From Candidatus Bathyarchaeota archaeon (GTDB taxonomy: Archaea > Thermoproteota > Bathyarchaeia > Bathyarchaeales > Bathycorpusculaceae), in assembly GCA_963811105.1 (NCBI GenBank), contig CAWEPZ010000001.1, positions 51,372 through 115,371 on the forward strand: a stretch of 64,000 nt of DNA. Direction: 5' to 3'. Below are positions 1-8,632 of this stretch, one piece after another; position 1 is the first letter of the stretch, and each line of letters opens with the position of its first letter. A program made the position numbers and the translations under genes. The notes under the pieces are model-generated. The model was not told the DNA's origin, made no database searches, and saw nothing but the letters and a program-made list of their open reading frames with translations.

Positions 1-338
1 TACAGGTTTAGATGTACTAAAACGATTAGAGATTGAAATTAAAGGCTCAGATGGAAAAATCAACGTTAAAAACATCTGTGTTCCAATAGATATAGTTAGG
101 ATTAGCTTGTTGAGGTTTCCAAAGAAACAACTAATCACTTGAAAATGGTTGATGGCTTAGAAAAAGAAGCAAATGAAGAGGAATGGCATAAAGAGTGCCA
201 TCGATTGTTTGATGAATGGTTCCGAAAGTGGTTTTAGAAAAAATGATTATAAAAAAGTTCTTTAGGTTTATTCAGCTTCAATAGTCATCTCAGTTACGTA
301 CTCTAAATATCTTAGAATTACAATTCAGGGGAAGATTC

Positions 339-1739
339 ATGAAAATAAAATTCTTAGGCGCAACACATCAAGTGACAGGATCAAGCTACATGTTGGAAAC
401 TGCCGAATTGAAAATCCTCGTGGATTGCGGGCTGTTTCAAGAACGGGATTATTCTCACAGAAACTGGGAAGCCTTCCATGTTCCTCCAGACCAGATCCAG
501 TATCTCGTCCTCACCCATGTTCACCAAGATCACGCTGGGCTTATTCCTAAACTTGTTAAAGAAGGGTTTCACGGAGATATTCTGCTCACCCCTGCGTCTA
601 AAGAGTTGTTTCCGATAGTGATTTTGGATTCGGCTCGAATTCAAGAAGAGGATGCTGCTGCCTTCAAGAAAAACCGCCATGATAACGAAGAACAAAAGGA
701 ACCTTATCCGGAAACCCCTTTATATACAGTCCAAGATGCAGAAAAGTGTTTTCCCCTCCTGAAAGCTGTTCCCTATGAAGATTTTTTGCCGCTAAACGAT
801 CTAGTCAAGGTTTGTTTCCACGATGCTGGTCACATCCTTGGCTCGGCCATGATTGAGATCGTTTTCCAAGACGACAATGGGTCGCGAAACATCATCTTCT
901 CGGGCGATATCGGACAGTTTGACACGCCTTTACTCAACAACCCCACTGTATTTGATCGAGCAGATTATGTGGTTATGGAGTCCACATATGGAGATCGAAA
1001 TCACGATAACCTACAAGATATTGATGATAAACTCAGCAAGACTATCAATGACACAGCAAAAGCTGGCGGAAACGTCATTGTCCCCACCTTTGCCATTGAG
1101 CGAGCCCAAGAACTCTTATACCATATTAGCTTATTAGCGCGAGCAAAAAGAATTCCTTACATTATTACGTTTCTTGATAGCCCTATGGCCGTCGAAATCA
1201 CGAAGGTCTTTGAACAGAGCAAGAAGTATTTTGACAAACAAACTCTGGAACTCTTCAAGGATGGTCAAACACCCTTCGACTTTCCAGGATTGAAACTCGT
1301 CGAATCTGTTGAAGGATCTAAGGCGATCAACCTAATCAAAGGCTCTACAATCATTATTGCTGGCTCCGGGATGATTAGTGGAGGACGAATTAAACATCAT
1401 CTGGTGAGAGAGATAACTCGTCCTGAATCTACACTTATTATCGTGGGATACCAAGCGGTTGGAACACTGGGACGACAAATCTTGGACGGTGTTTCACCCG
1501 TCAGTATTCTGGGTCAATCCTATCCCGTGCGGATGAGGATCGAGAACATTAATGGTTTATCTGCGCATGCTGAAATGAATGATTTGCGGCGCTGGCTTAA
1601 CAACTTCAGAGTCCCGCCGAAGCATGTTTTCTTGACTCATGGCGAAGAAGGATCGATCTTGAGCTTAGAGAATTATTTGCATTCAAAGGGCGGATGGGAA
1701 GTGACCGCCCCAGTGTACTTAGAAGAATATGACCTCTGA
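339..1739 (+). CDS. MBL-fold metallo-hydrolase, beta-CASP family (RNA-processing nuclease-like)
   Basis: N-terminal MKIKFLGA..VTGS, LVDCG, THVHQDHAG (HxHxDH), AGHILGS, FSGDIG, MESTYGDR, SAHA and LTHGE motifs. Confidence 0.9.
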   Translation: MKIKFLGATHQVTGSSYMLETAELKILVDCGLFQERDYSHRNWEAFHVPPDQIQYLVLTHVHQDHAGLIPKLVKEGFHGDILLTPASKELFPIVILDSARIQEEDAAAFKKNRHDNEEQKEPYPETPLYTVQDAEKCFPLLKAVPYEDFLPLNDLVKVCFHDAGHILGSAMIEIVFQDDNGSRNIIFSGDIGQFDTPLLNNPTVFDRADYVVMESTYGDRNHDNLQDIDDKLSKTINDTAKAGGNVIVPTFAIERAQELLYHISLLARAKRIPYIITFLDSPMAVEITKVFEQSKKYFDKQTLELFKDGQTPFDFPGLKLVESVEGSKAINLIKGSTIIIAGSGMISGGRIKHHLVREITRPESTLIIVGYQAVGTLGRQILDGVSPVSILGQSYPVRMRIENINGLSAHAEMNDLRRWLNNFRVPPKHVFLTHGEEGSILSLENYLHSKGGWEVTAPVYLEEYDL

Positions 1740-1832
1740 CTCCTGTAGATTGTGAGGCTTTTACTGATTAGAGTTTATTGTACCAATGCGTTTTGTGAAG
1801 GAGTTACTTATCAATTAAAGTTCATTTAACCT

Positions 1833-2075
1833 CTAATTTTTTCGATTGGCTGCTAAACCATAAATTGTTATGGCCAAGCCGATGATTGCTGCGACTCCCC
1901 CGCCAACCGCCATAAACTGATCTTGAGCAACCTTATTTCGAACCTCCGCAGAAAGAGACTGCGATATTTGACCCAGCAAACCTCCGTACTGCTGCAAATC
2001 CGAATAGCCAATCCAGAAAACCACAATACCAATAGCCAACAGGAAAACGCCCACTCCTAATGCTCCAGCTCTCAT
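1833..2075 (-). CDS. Small two-TM membrane protein
   Basis: 80-aa ORF with two hydrophobic helices, directly downstream of the 2103-2492 gene. Confidence 0.65.
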   Translation of the reverse strand: MRAGALGVGVFLLAIGIVVFWIGYSDLQQYGGLLGQISQSLSAEVRNKVAQDQFMAVGGGVAAIIGLAITIYGLAANRKN

Positions 2076-2102
2076 TTTTTCTACCTCGCGCCCACATTAG
2101 TT

Positions 2103-2492
2103 TCAAGATAGGCATAAGCCGTCCTTATTACATAGGCTTGGGGGAAATACTTCTTGCTTTGAAGCTTTGAGTTCACTTATTCTATTTTGCACCATTTTTA
2201 ACAGTTCTTTCCTAAGCTGCTCTCCCGAAATATCCCGCTGAATAAAACACATTCTGCCGGCTAATACATCATCTTTTAAAGTGTCTCTTATCCAAGCTTG
2301 AAAATCGCCCCGTGGATAATGAAACAAAATAGAGCTATTATCTATGCCATCCAATTTGGCTGCAAAATCTTCCAGACTGACTGCTGAAACTTTTGTGTAG
2401 AGTCCCTCTGCAGTGCAAAAATAAAAAGCGTTATTTGAAGGCACAGTGGACAGGATTTCTAAAGCATCTTGATTTGTAAGAGTTTTACTCAT
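2103..2492 (-). CDS. DUF5752-like protein
   Basis: AFYFCT..G.YT..A.SLEDF...L...SI.FH..RGDFQAWIRD.L.D..LA pattern typical of this archaeal family. Confidence 0.75.
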   Translation of the reverse strand: MSKTLTNQDALEILSTVPSNNAFYFCTAEGLYTKVSAVSLEDFAAKLDGIDNSSILFHYPRGDFQAWIRDTLKDDVLAGRMCFIQRDISGEQLRKELLKMVQNRISELKASKQEVFPPSLCNKDGLCLS

Positions 2493-2543
2493 TTCTAATC
2501 GCCTTGATACACTAAACTTTGGTGAGGCTACTCTATATCCGTT

Positions 2544-2567
2544 TGTTGTTGGGTTTCGACAGTTACA
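2544..2567 (-). promoter_or_regulatory. 24-bp palindromic operator upstream of the DUF5752-like gene
   Basis: Minus strand TGTAACTGT-cgaaac-CCAACAACA-aacg-GATATA; 52 bp from the start at 2492. Confidence 0.7.
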
Positions 2568-2646
2568 ATGGTGCTAACAGTTCTTGACAAAACAACCTGT
2601 TTCAATTTGTATAACCTAATTGTCCTTAGAGCAAGTGCTTGTTGTC

Positions 2647-2670
2647 TGTCTGTGCTTAATAGCAGTCACA
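2647..2670 (+). promoter_or_regulatory. 24-bp palindromic operator plus TATA (orphan; downstream gene decayed)
   Basis: TGTCTGTGC-ttaata-GCAGTCACA-tatg-TTAATA. Confidence 0.65.
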
Positions 2671-2791
2671 TATGTTAATAGAATCGCTGAGGCACCAGTT
2701 GAAGCACCTGCACCCTCCGAAGAGAAACCAAGCGAATAAACGTCCTGCGTATGAAATGCATGGACGACCCCTTTTTTTGAATCAAACCTAC

Positions 2792-3019
2792 CTACTTATC
2801 CGCACTGGATCAGCAGACCACAATATGTGACTTGCTGCCTACGCCATTTCCAAAGGAATGCGAATCAAATACAGCGAAGGTATAATCAAGGACGGCGTGG
2901 CAGTAGCTGGAGAAACTGAGCAGGGCGTGTTTGAAGCCTTAGGATTGCAATGTCCGTTGCCTGTTGAGCGGGAGATAGTGGACGGCAAACCCGTTTGGAT
3001 GCCGCCTGAAAAAATGTAA
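2792..3019 (+). pseudogene. 3' remnant of a family X DNA polymerase (thumb region)
   Basis: Manual translation LLIRTGSADHNM*LAAYAISKGMRIKYSEG...AGETEQGVFEALGLQCPLPVERE resembles the PolX TGS..HN...E..IFEALGL...P..RE pattern; internal stop, no 5' part. Confidence 0.75.
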
Positions 3020-3604
3020 ACAAACTTGAAAAGATACTGACGTTGGGGTGAATCGCGTTAAAGAATTTGCGCTCTATAACAGAGGGGGTCTTTGCTTTCT
3101 TGCTTTGTTTGTTGTTTCTTCAATTACGGGAAGGTTTTCTTTGAGTTCTCTGAATTGTTTGAGCACTGTCACGCCGAGTTGCGTGATCGTGTAGAGTTTT
3201 CTGTCTTTTCCAATGATCTTAAGTTCAACCAGTCCCTGTTTAGTTAAGAAGTCAAGGTACTCCTTTAGCACGCTGCAGTTGACCTTAGCCGTGTACATGA
3301 CGTGCGTCAGCTTCAACGGACCCAAGTGATCTAAAACCTCCAGAATTTCCAAATGCATTTCCAGTTGAGATCGTCTCACAGTTTCACCTTCTATTTTGCA
3401 GACACACTCAGTTGCTTATTAGGTATGATTCAAGGTACTTAACTCACTTATGAAAACCAACATAATATTCAAGATATGAATCGCGAATAACCTTCCAAAA
3501 GCTGCTATTTGACGCGTTATAATTGCCCTACTCCTTGCCCTCATATCCTATGGGGAGATAGTGGACACTAAAGCAGTTTGGATGCCGCCTGAAAAAAACT
3601 GTAA
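2970..3604 (+). repeat. Imperfect ~50-bp direct repeat (2970-3020 and 3553-3604) flanking the wHTH gene
   Basis: GGGAGATAGTGGACggcAAAcCcGTTTGGATGCCGCCTGAAAAAA versus GGGAGATAGTGGACactAAAgCaGTTTGGATGCCGCCTGAAAAAA. Confidence 0.85.
3074..3379 (-). CDS. Winged helix-turn-helix transcription regulator (HTH_45/ArnR1-like)
   Basis: MRRS.LE...EIL.......KLTHVMY...VN...LKEYLDFL...GLV......Y.IT..G pattern. Confidence 0.85.
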   Translation of the reverse strand: MRRSQLEMHLEILEVLDHLGPLKLTHVMYTAKVNCSVLKEYLDFLTKQGLVELKIIGKDRKLYTITQLGVTVLKQFRELKENLPVIEETTNKARKQRPPLL

Positions 3605-3915
3605 CATTCTATCAAGTTAACCTCGTTGTGAATCTGAAAGAAGAAGTGATAAACAACAAATTCTTGTAGTTTTGATGGGGTGGAAAGGGGGATTAAGCGG
3701 ATTTAGCCAAGCGCTAACATTGACAAGGCGCCAAAAATACTGCGAAATACCTTAGCATCTGTTAGCAGCCGGACCCGCTCAACTTGGCTCTAAGCTACTT
3801 CCACTTTCTAATTAGATACTCACAATTATAGCAAATATGAAATAATGCTGTTATAAATTGAAACAACAACCGCTAAGTTACTGCAATTGTTTTAGCGTTA
3901 CTGAACTTTGTACTT

Positions 3916-3939
3916 TGTTATATATCTGACACAGTAACA
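3916..3939 (+). promoter_or_regulatory. 24-bp palindromic operator upstream of tfs
   Basis: TGTTATATA-tctgac-ACAGTAACA-tgac-TATTTAT; 50 bp from 3989; left half degenerate. Confidence 0.55.
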
Positions 3940-3988
3940 TGACTATTTATGCTTCAATATTCTTCTATTGTGAAAAAGGAGTTGTATC

Positions 3989-4339
3989 TTGGTGGATTTT
4001 TGTTCAGAGTGCGGTTCCCGTCTTATAGCTAAAAAGGTCAAAACAGGAAAACAAACTACACTCGTGCTTGTATGTACCAAATGTGGGCACAAACTAAAAG
4101 AATCAAGTGAAAACATAAAAATCAACGGCAAAACTATAGACCACAGTCCAAAGCAACTAGTTTCAGTGTTAGGTAAAGAAATTCAGCTAAGTACTCTGCC
4201 AACCATACAGGTTACCTGCTCAAGATGTGGAAACAACAATGCTTATGCCTGGCAAGTTCAAACAAGAGGCGCAGATGAATCATCCACCCAATTTCTAAGA
4301 TGCACAAACTGCGGATATACATTTAGAGAGAATACGTAA
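3989..4339 (+). CDS. tfs: Transcription factor S (TFS / RpoM-like cleavage factor)
   Basis: Two zinc ribbons (FCSECGS..CTKCGH; CSRCGN..CTNCGY) and QTRGADE acidic hairpin. Confidence 0.92.
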   Translation: MVDFCSECGSRLIAKKVKTGKQTTLVLVCTKCGHKLKESSENIKINGKTIDHSPKQLVSVLGKEIQLSTLPTIQVTCSRCGNNNAYAWQVQTRGADESSTQFLRCTNCGYTFRENT

Positions 4340-4728
4340 GGTTTATTCACCAAAAAGAGTTTTGATTAAGTTTGAAAAGGGAAAAAACCCGTTACTTAGC
4401 TTTGAAAAACATCTAAGGCAACAAATAAAATAGTTTTCCCAATTTTTCAGTTGCAGTAAAAAAATTAAGAGAGTAACCAATAAAACCAACCAATAAAACC
4501 AAAAATCTCCACATGGACTGCCTATTCAGTTCAAACAGAACCTGCCTACAGCTTTAGAAACACAATATCTACTTCGCAATCGTTGCTGGATAGGCTTTTG
4601 GGCGAGGACATCGAGTATAGTAGAAGGACAGGGAGAAGAAAGGTTCAACTTGCATTGTAAGAAAATTCTCGTGAAAAAATGAGAGAAAGAAACGAGTAAA
4701 TTGTTTGCTTAACTGAGACTTACTTTTA

Positions 4729-4752
4729 CGTTATTGTCGTTAGACAGTCACA
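4729..4752 (+). promoter_or_regulatory. 24-bp palindromic operator upstream of the C2H2 protein gene
   Basis: CGTTATTGT-cgttag-ACAGTCACA-aatg-CTTAAG; 45 bp from 4797. Confidence 0.7.
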
Positions 4753-4796
4753 AATGCTTAAGAAAAGCATAAACCACTTGTATTATAGGTAAGATT

Positions 4797-5036
4797 TTGA
4801 CTGAGCCTGATTTTCCCTACGAAAAGAAACCAAATGAATCATTCAATGATTTGATTGCACCATCCCCACCAGATGGCTCTTTTGAATCACCAGATCAGCA
4901 GCCTTCCCTTCCTCCAATTAGTAATCCAACGCCAAACAAGGTTACTTGCCAAATATGTGGTAAAGTTTTCAATACTAAAGAAGAATTAACCATGCATTTG
5001 GAAACTGAGCATCAAACCCCCAAGAAGAAAATTTAA
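4797..5036 (+). CDS. Small Pro-rich protein with C-terminal C2H2 zinc finger
   Basis: CQICGKVFNTKEELTMHLETEH (C-x2-C-x12-H-x4-H). Confidence 0.8.
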   Translation: MTEPDFPYEKKPNESFNDLIAPSPPDGSFESPDQQPSLPPISNPTPNKVTCQICGKVFNTKEELTMHLETEHQTPKKKI

Positions 5037-5110
5037 AACTCAAAACGCCCTAATTTATTCAATAGTTGTTGATTCTCCCAAACAATTCTTTGATGGGAAA
5101 CATGATATCA

Positions 5111-5134
5111 TGTAGTTGTGACAACACAATCACA
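5111..5134 (+). promoter_or_regulatory. 24-bp palindromic operator upstream of the 57-aa Cys/His microprotein gene
   Basis: TGTAGTTGT-gacaac-ACAATCACA-atac-TATATG; 46 bp from 5180. Confidence 0.7.
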
Positions 5135-5179
5135 ATACTATATGTAGTATTATTCATTCATTTTGTTTAGGTGTAAGTT

Positions 5180-5353
5180 TTGTCAAAAGTCCAACCTCAT
5201 CCAGGTCATGAAAAACACCTCTGCAAAATGGTAGAGGATAAAGTACCAATAGAAAAGATAAAGCCACTTGTGAAAGACGCGAAATACATCTGCAAAAGCT
5301 GTATGCGTACAGCTGCCAAAGCAGAAAACCTCTGCTCCCCAGAATCCCTTTAA
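5180..5353 (+). CDS. 57-aa Cys/His-rich putative metal-binding microprotein (absent from the ORF track)
   Basis: TTG start; MSKVQPHPGHEKHLCKMVEDKVPIEKIKPLVKDAKYICKSCMRTAAKAENLCSPESL*; followed by a T-tract. Confidence 0.8.
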   Translation: MSKVQPHPGHEKHLCKMVEDKVPIEKIKPLVKDAKYICKSCMRTAAKAENLCSPESL

Positions 5354-5603
5354 ACATCTTTTCTTTTTTTTGAGAACAAGTAAGAATAGCTTAGGGGTAA
5401 AGCCGAATACTTTTAGTGGGCTGCTTGTCCCGATATTATGTATTGAAGAAAGTTGGTTAGTTGCTTTGTCTTATCTTCCACGGTTCTCAGCTGCTTCTCT
5501 ATTCAGAATCAGGCACAACAGATAGTAAAGAGCGTATGAAGCAATGTTTCCTGCGCCTATGACCTTTTTTATGGCCAAACGGCCAGCCGCTGCCCATGTG
5601 TTT

Positions 5604-5675
5604 TTAGTTTTGGTGGCATTCATGTGGTTTATCTTTTGTTTTCTGGATCTTGCCCTTTGCTTCTTCGTCACTCAC
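5604..5675 (-). pseudogene. Possible truncated CsbD-like paralog
   Basis: MSDEEAKGKIQKTKDK... resembles the N-terminus of the 6252-6416 protein (MSEDEVKGKLKKDEGK), then stops. Confidence 0.35.
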
Positions 5676-5818
5676 TTAAAAACCCTCAAAAAATCAGCTC
5701 TCACAATGGCTAATAAACAAACTGGTACCCTGACGGTTCAAAGGAAACTGAAGCTAAAGAATAATTAAGAAACATTCATATGACTTCCAAAAAGACTGAA
5801 AAGAAAGGCTGATGAAGT

Positions 5819-5842
5819 TGTAACTGTTTGTTCACAGTCACA
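5819..5842 (+). promoter_or_regulatory. 24-bp palindromic operator upstream of the lmo0937-like gene
   Basis: TGTAACTGT-ttgttc-ACAGTCACA-cata-TTAAAA; near-perfect palindrome, 50 bp from 5892. Confidence 0.8.
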
Positions 5843-5891
5843 CATATTAAAATAAAGCAGTCAAGTTAAGGGTAAGTGAAGGTTTTTGAAA

Positions 5892-6050
5892 ATGGGCGCA
5901 CTTGATTTTCTTTTCGTAGTTGCTGTGATTCTTATCGTATTGTGGCTTTTGGGCTTTTTCATCTTCAACCTTGGCACTATCATATGGGTTCTGCTTGTCA
6001 TCGCCATCATTATAATACTTGCCCGACTGCTTACAGGACGCAGAGTATAA
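5892..6050 (+). CDS. lmo0937/DUF5670-like small membrane protein (absent from the ORF track)
   Basis: MGALDFLFVVAVILIVLWLLGFFIFNLGTIIWVLLVIAIIIILARLLTGRRV*; LWLLG and C-terminal GRR signature. Confidence 0.85.
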   Translation: MGALDFLFVVAVILIVLWLLGFFIFNLGTIIWVLLVIAIIIILARLLTGRRV

Positions 6051-6181
6051 CAGCAACCAAAAACATGGTAGCAGCGCCAAAAGCTGCTTCCCAACTTTTT
6101 TGTAAACGTGAAGAAGTCATATTTGTTCGAAGGATTCACATTCACAAGACGAAATAGACTCTCTTTAAAGCAACGGCTTAT

Positions 6182-6205
6182 TGTTGGTGCGAGATAACAG
6201 TCACA
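6182..6205 (+). promoter_or_regulatory. 24-bp palindromic operator upstream of the csbD-like gene
   Basis: TGTTGGTGC-gagata-ACAGTCACA-tacg-TTTAAT; 47 bp from 6252. Confidence 0.75.
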
Positions 6206-6251
6206 TACGTTTAATTAAATCTCAGAGGTACTACGTTTATAGTGAAATTTT

Positions 6252-6416
6252 ATGAGTGAAGATGAAGTTAAAGGAAAACTCAAAAAGGATGAAGGCAAAA
6301 TCCGCGTAGGCGCGGGCAAAGTTACTGGCAACACAGGTCAAATAATTAAAGGCGAAGCTGAGAAAGTTAAAGGAAAAATTCAAGAAGACGTCGGCAAAGC
6401 CAAAAGAAAACTCTAA
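6252..6416 (+). CDS. csbD: CsbD-family general stress protein (absent from the ORF track)
   Basis: MSEDEVKGKLKKDEGKIRVGAGKVTGNTGQIIKGEAEKVKGKIQEDVGKAKRKL*; KG..K..GK.TGN....G...K..GK.Q...G pattern. Confidence 0.85.
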   Translation: MSEDEVKGKLKKDEGKIRVGAGKVTGNTGQIIKGEAEKVKGKIQEDVGKAKRKL

Positions 6417-6444
6417 CAAAAATAAGACCAGTTATTCAATGCTT

Positions 6445-6525
6445 CAATTATTGGCTTAAATAGTTTTTCAAGAAGTCGAAAAACTACTTGAGTCAACTAT
6501 TAAGCCGATAGCTTGTCTCTTTTTT
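6445..6525 (+). terminator. Long imperfect hairpin followed by a T-tract
   Basis: Arms 6445-6476 and 6483-6515 are largely complementary; TCTCTTTTTT follows. Confidence 0.5.
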
Positions 6526-6664
6526 CTAATTCTTCATAATCAATCAGTTATTACTTATTACGTGGCAATGCCTTCGCCTTTTTCTGGCATAAAGACTACC
6601 AATTGCTAAGATTTTCTCGAAAAAGGCTTCAAAGTTAAGAAAAAGCAAACTAAACTAGGTGCTG

Positions 6665-8632
6665 CTATGATTTTATGGGCGTCTTTGTGGAAATACTCGT
6701 CATCTCTCTTTTAAATAGCCGACAAACATTCTCAGCGCCGACGATTTCCTCCTTCTCAAGGTTCCATTCAGAAGGATGCAGTATGAAGGGCTTCGATTGG
6801 CTGCCGCCTAAACCCCCGTGGCTGCCTATTAGCTCCTCAAATGCAGCCACTTCATCCTTCTCCTTGTCGTACATGCTCATAACGAGAATGTCCGGAATAC
6901 AGTTGAAGCTGTCTGTTCTCCGCAAGTGTTCTGCAGCCCGCTTCCCGAATTTAGCTAGCGGGTTTTCACCCTCTATCTTATCATTCGTGAGGTAATACTT
7001 GCCCCTTGCGCCTATCACGACTGCCCCCTGTTCTTCCGAGCGGATCAAAACGAAACTCACCCCCTCATGATGCGACAAACCTTCCACCATCTCTGGATAA
7101 GTCTTATTGACATCCTCCAGGCTTACCCGATCCGCCCATTGTGTGAAGTATATCAGGCCCATGTTTCCCGAAGCCAACACGATAGCATCTATTTTTTCAT
7201 CCTCCTTTTTCCTAGACTTCCGAACAACTCTGCTTCTAACATTCTGCAAAGGAATCGTCACCATCTGTCCGAAGTGATCTTGGTTGGAGTCGAGCTCGAA
7301 AGACATCCTGTGTCCCTCAGGGAGAAGCTTCTGTACAAGATCTGCTAAGGTGTAACCATAACGTTGCCTAAAGGTGGCGCCATTGGTCTGACCGTGGTCT
7401 GAAAGAACGCAGAGGTAATACGGTCGTTGAGAATATGCCTTTGCTCTGTCTATTCTTTTTATACACCTGTCCAGTTTTTTAAGAACGTAGAAAGCCTCAT
7501 CGTCCGAGATGCCGCAGTGATGCGCAACCTCATCATATCCCATGAAAGTGGTATATATCGCGTTCTTGTCACCTGCGATAATGTCGCCAATGATCGTGTA
7601 AGTACTCAATTCGCGCAGGAAGACATCTGCCACTACCCTTGTAAAGTAATACACGCGTCCGCGGTGTCGAAGTCTGGGCAGAGTATTTCTTCGCCACTGC
7701 CTGTACCTGGACCGAGTCTCCAGCACTAACTCCCAGAGAGTGTATGCAATCGTGTGGACAAGATTATTGGAAACGGCATAGAAAGTATTCCACGACTGGT
7801 GGTACAATTCGCCTATCTTGCTAAGCTTGCTGTATACGAAAACGTTGTCTTTGGCGTCACCAGAATAGAGATTAGCTATCGCGCGCCCATTATTCGCAAG
7901 CAAACCGTTCCCGTCAGAGATGCGTGTCTCGATTACTGGTGCATCGCCCATACCAGTGGTTGACACGACCTTGTTACCTTTTGCTTTTTCTACCCATCGG
8001 AAAGCAGGAATGTCTTTGTTATTCCCATGTAATATTCCCGCTTGGCTAGCGCCAGTCTGTGACGAAAAGTCCGTTTCCCACTCCTTAATCTTGTGCGTTC
8101 CGCTGCTAACCCACCCCGCTAGGGTTGGCATAGTTCCGTTCTCTATCGCTCTACGAAGAATCGTTTCAGCCAATCCGTCGATTTCCAGAAAGATGAAACC
8201 TGGTTTATCCTTATTTTCCGCTGCCTTCTTTGCACGTCCCTTCATTCTTTTCACAACCTCACGGTAGAATGATGCATCGTCATCGATTTCTAGCATTCCT
8301 GAAATCAAGGTGTTGATTATCGATATGTTCACAGGGAGCAAAACTAAACTCCACCCAGAGGCCTCAATTTCTGAAGTGAAGAAAGCCAGTGACCAGAGTA
8401 TTATGCCATTCAATAGTAGTGCACTCAACCCGAACGTTATCACAGAGCGTGCGAGTCCTAACCTCGCTAAGAAGGGCCAAAGCAATGCATTAACTAACCC
8501 GAGCCCGGCAGTCGCAATAACAGCGACAACAAGATTGCGGGAGTAAAATCCAATCAGGATGCCTGTAAGGAAGATATCTAAAGATATTAAGAACCATACA
8601 ATTAATGCCCGTGTGAAAATGTCTTTAGTCAA
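6665..8632 (-). CDS. Membrane protein (holin-4-like N-terminal TMs) fused to an alkaline phosphatase-superfamily (nucleotide pyrophosphatase/phosphodiesterase) domain
   Basis: N-terminal TMs (GLVNALLWP..T.GL..L.LNG), EIDGL, SSQTGASQAGILHG, GYDEVAHH, LSDHGQT, GSHGGLGG. Confidence 0.85.
   Translation of the reverse strand: MTKDIFTRALIVWFLISLDIFLTGILIGFYSRNLVVAVIATAGLGLVNALLWPFLARLGLARSVITFGLSALLLNGIILWSLAFFTSEIEASGWSLVLLPVNISIINTLISGMLEIDDDASFYREVVKRMKGRAKKAAENKDKPGFIFLEIDGLAETILRRAIENGTMPTLAGWVSSGTHKIKEWETDFSSQTGASQAGILHGNNKDIPAFRWVEKAKGNKVVSTTGMGDAPVIETRISDGNGLLANNGRAIANLYSGDAKDNVFVYSKLSKIGELYHQSWNTFYAVSNNLVHTIAYTLWELVLETRSRYRQWRRNTLPRLRHRGRVYYFTRVVADVFLRELSTYTIIGDIIAGDKNAIYTTFMGYDEVAHHCGISDDEAFYVLKKLDRCIKRIDRAKAYSQRPYYLCVLSDHGQTNGATFRQRYGYTLADLVQKLLPEGHRMSFELDSNQDHFGQMVTIPLQNVRSRVVRKSRKKEDEKIDAIVLASGNMGLIYFTQWADRVSLEDVNKTYPEMVEGLSHHEGVSFVLIRSEEQGAVVIGARGKYYLTNDKIEGENPLAKFGKRAAEHLRRTDSFNCIPDILVMSMYDKEKDEVAAFEELIGSHGGLGGSQSKPFILHPSEWNLEKEEIVGAENVCRLFKREMTSISTKTPIKS

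Noticed and set aside
1-237. Possible 3' end of a gene entering the window (…KEANEEEWHKECHRLFDEWFRKWF*)
   Set aside because: The frame is broken and I see no recognisable motif, so it cannot be assigned.
2792-3019. In-frame TGA as selenocysteine or stop-codon recoding (also in the Rieske and integrase relics)
   Set aside because: The stops lie in truncated or degenerate genes, and TGA terminates many intact genes in this window.
3676-3700. Possible minus-strand tRNA-end relic (AATCCCCCTTTCCACCCCA)
   Set aside because: It lacks the GTTC T-loop and is too degenerate.
5154-6419. ORF-track entries 5154-5357(-), 5544-5768(+), 5847-6080(-), 5861-6145(-), 5942-6157(+) and 6237-6419(-)
   Set aside because: They are mostly shadow ORFs overlapping better-supported microprotein genes and have no recognisable motifs.
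6665-8632. Holin-like N-terminus as evidence of a provirus
   Set aside because: This TM domain fused to a phosphodiesterase is a cellular architecture, and no capsid, terminase or tail genes are nearby.
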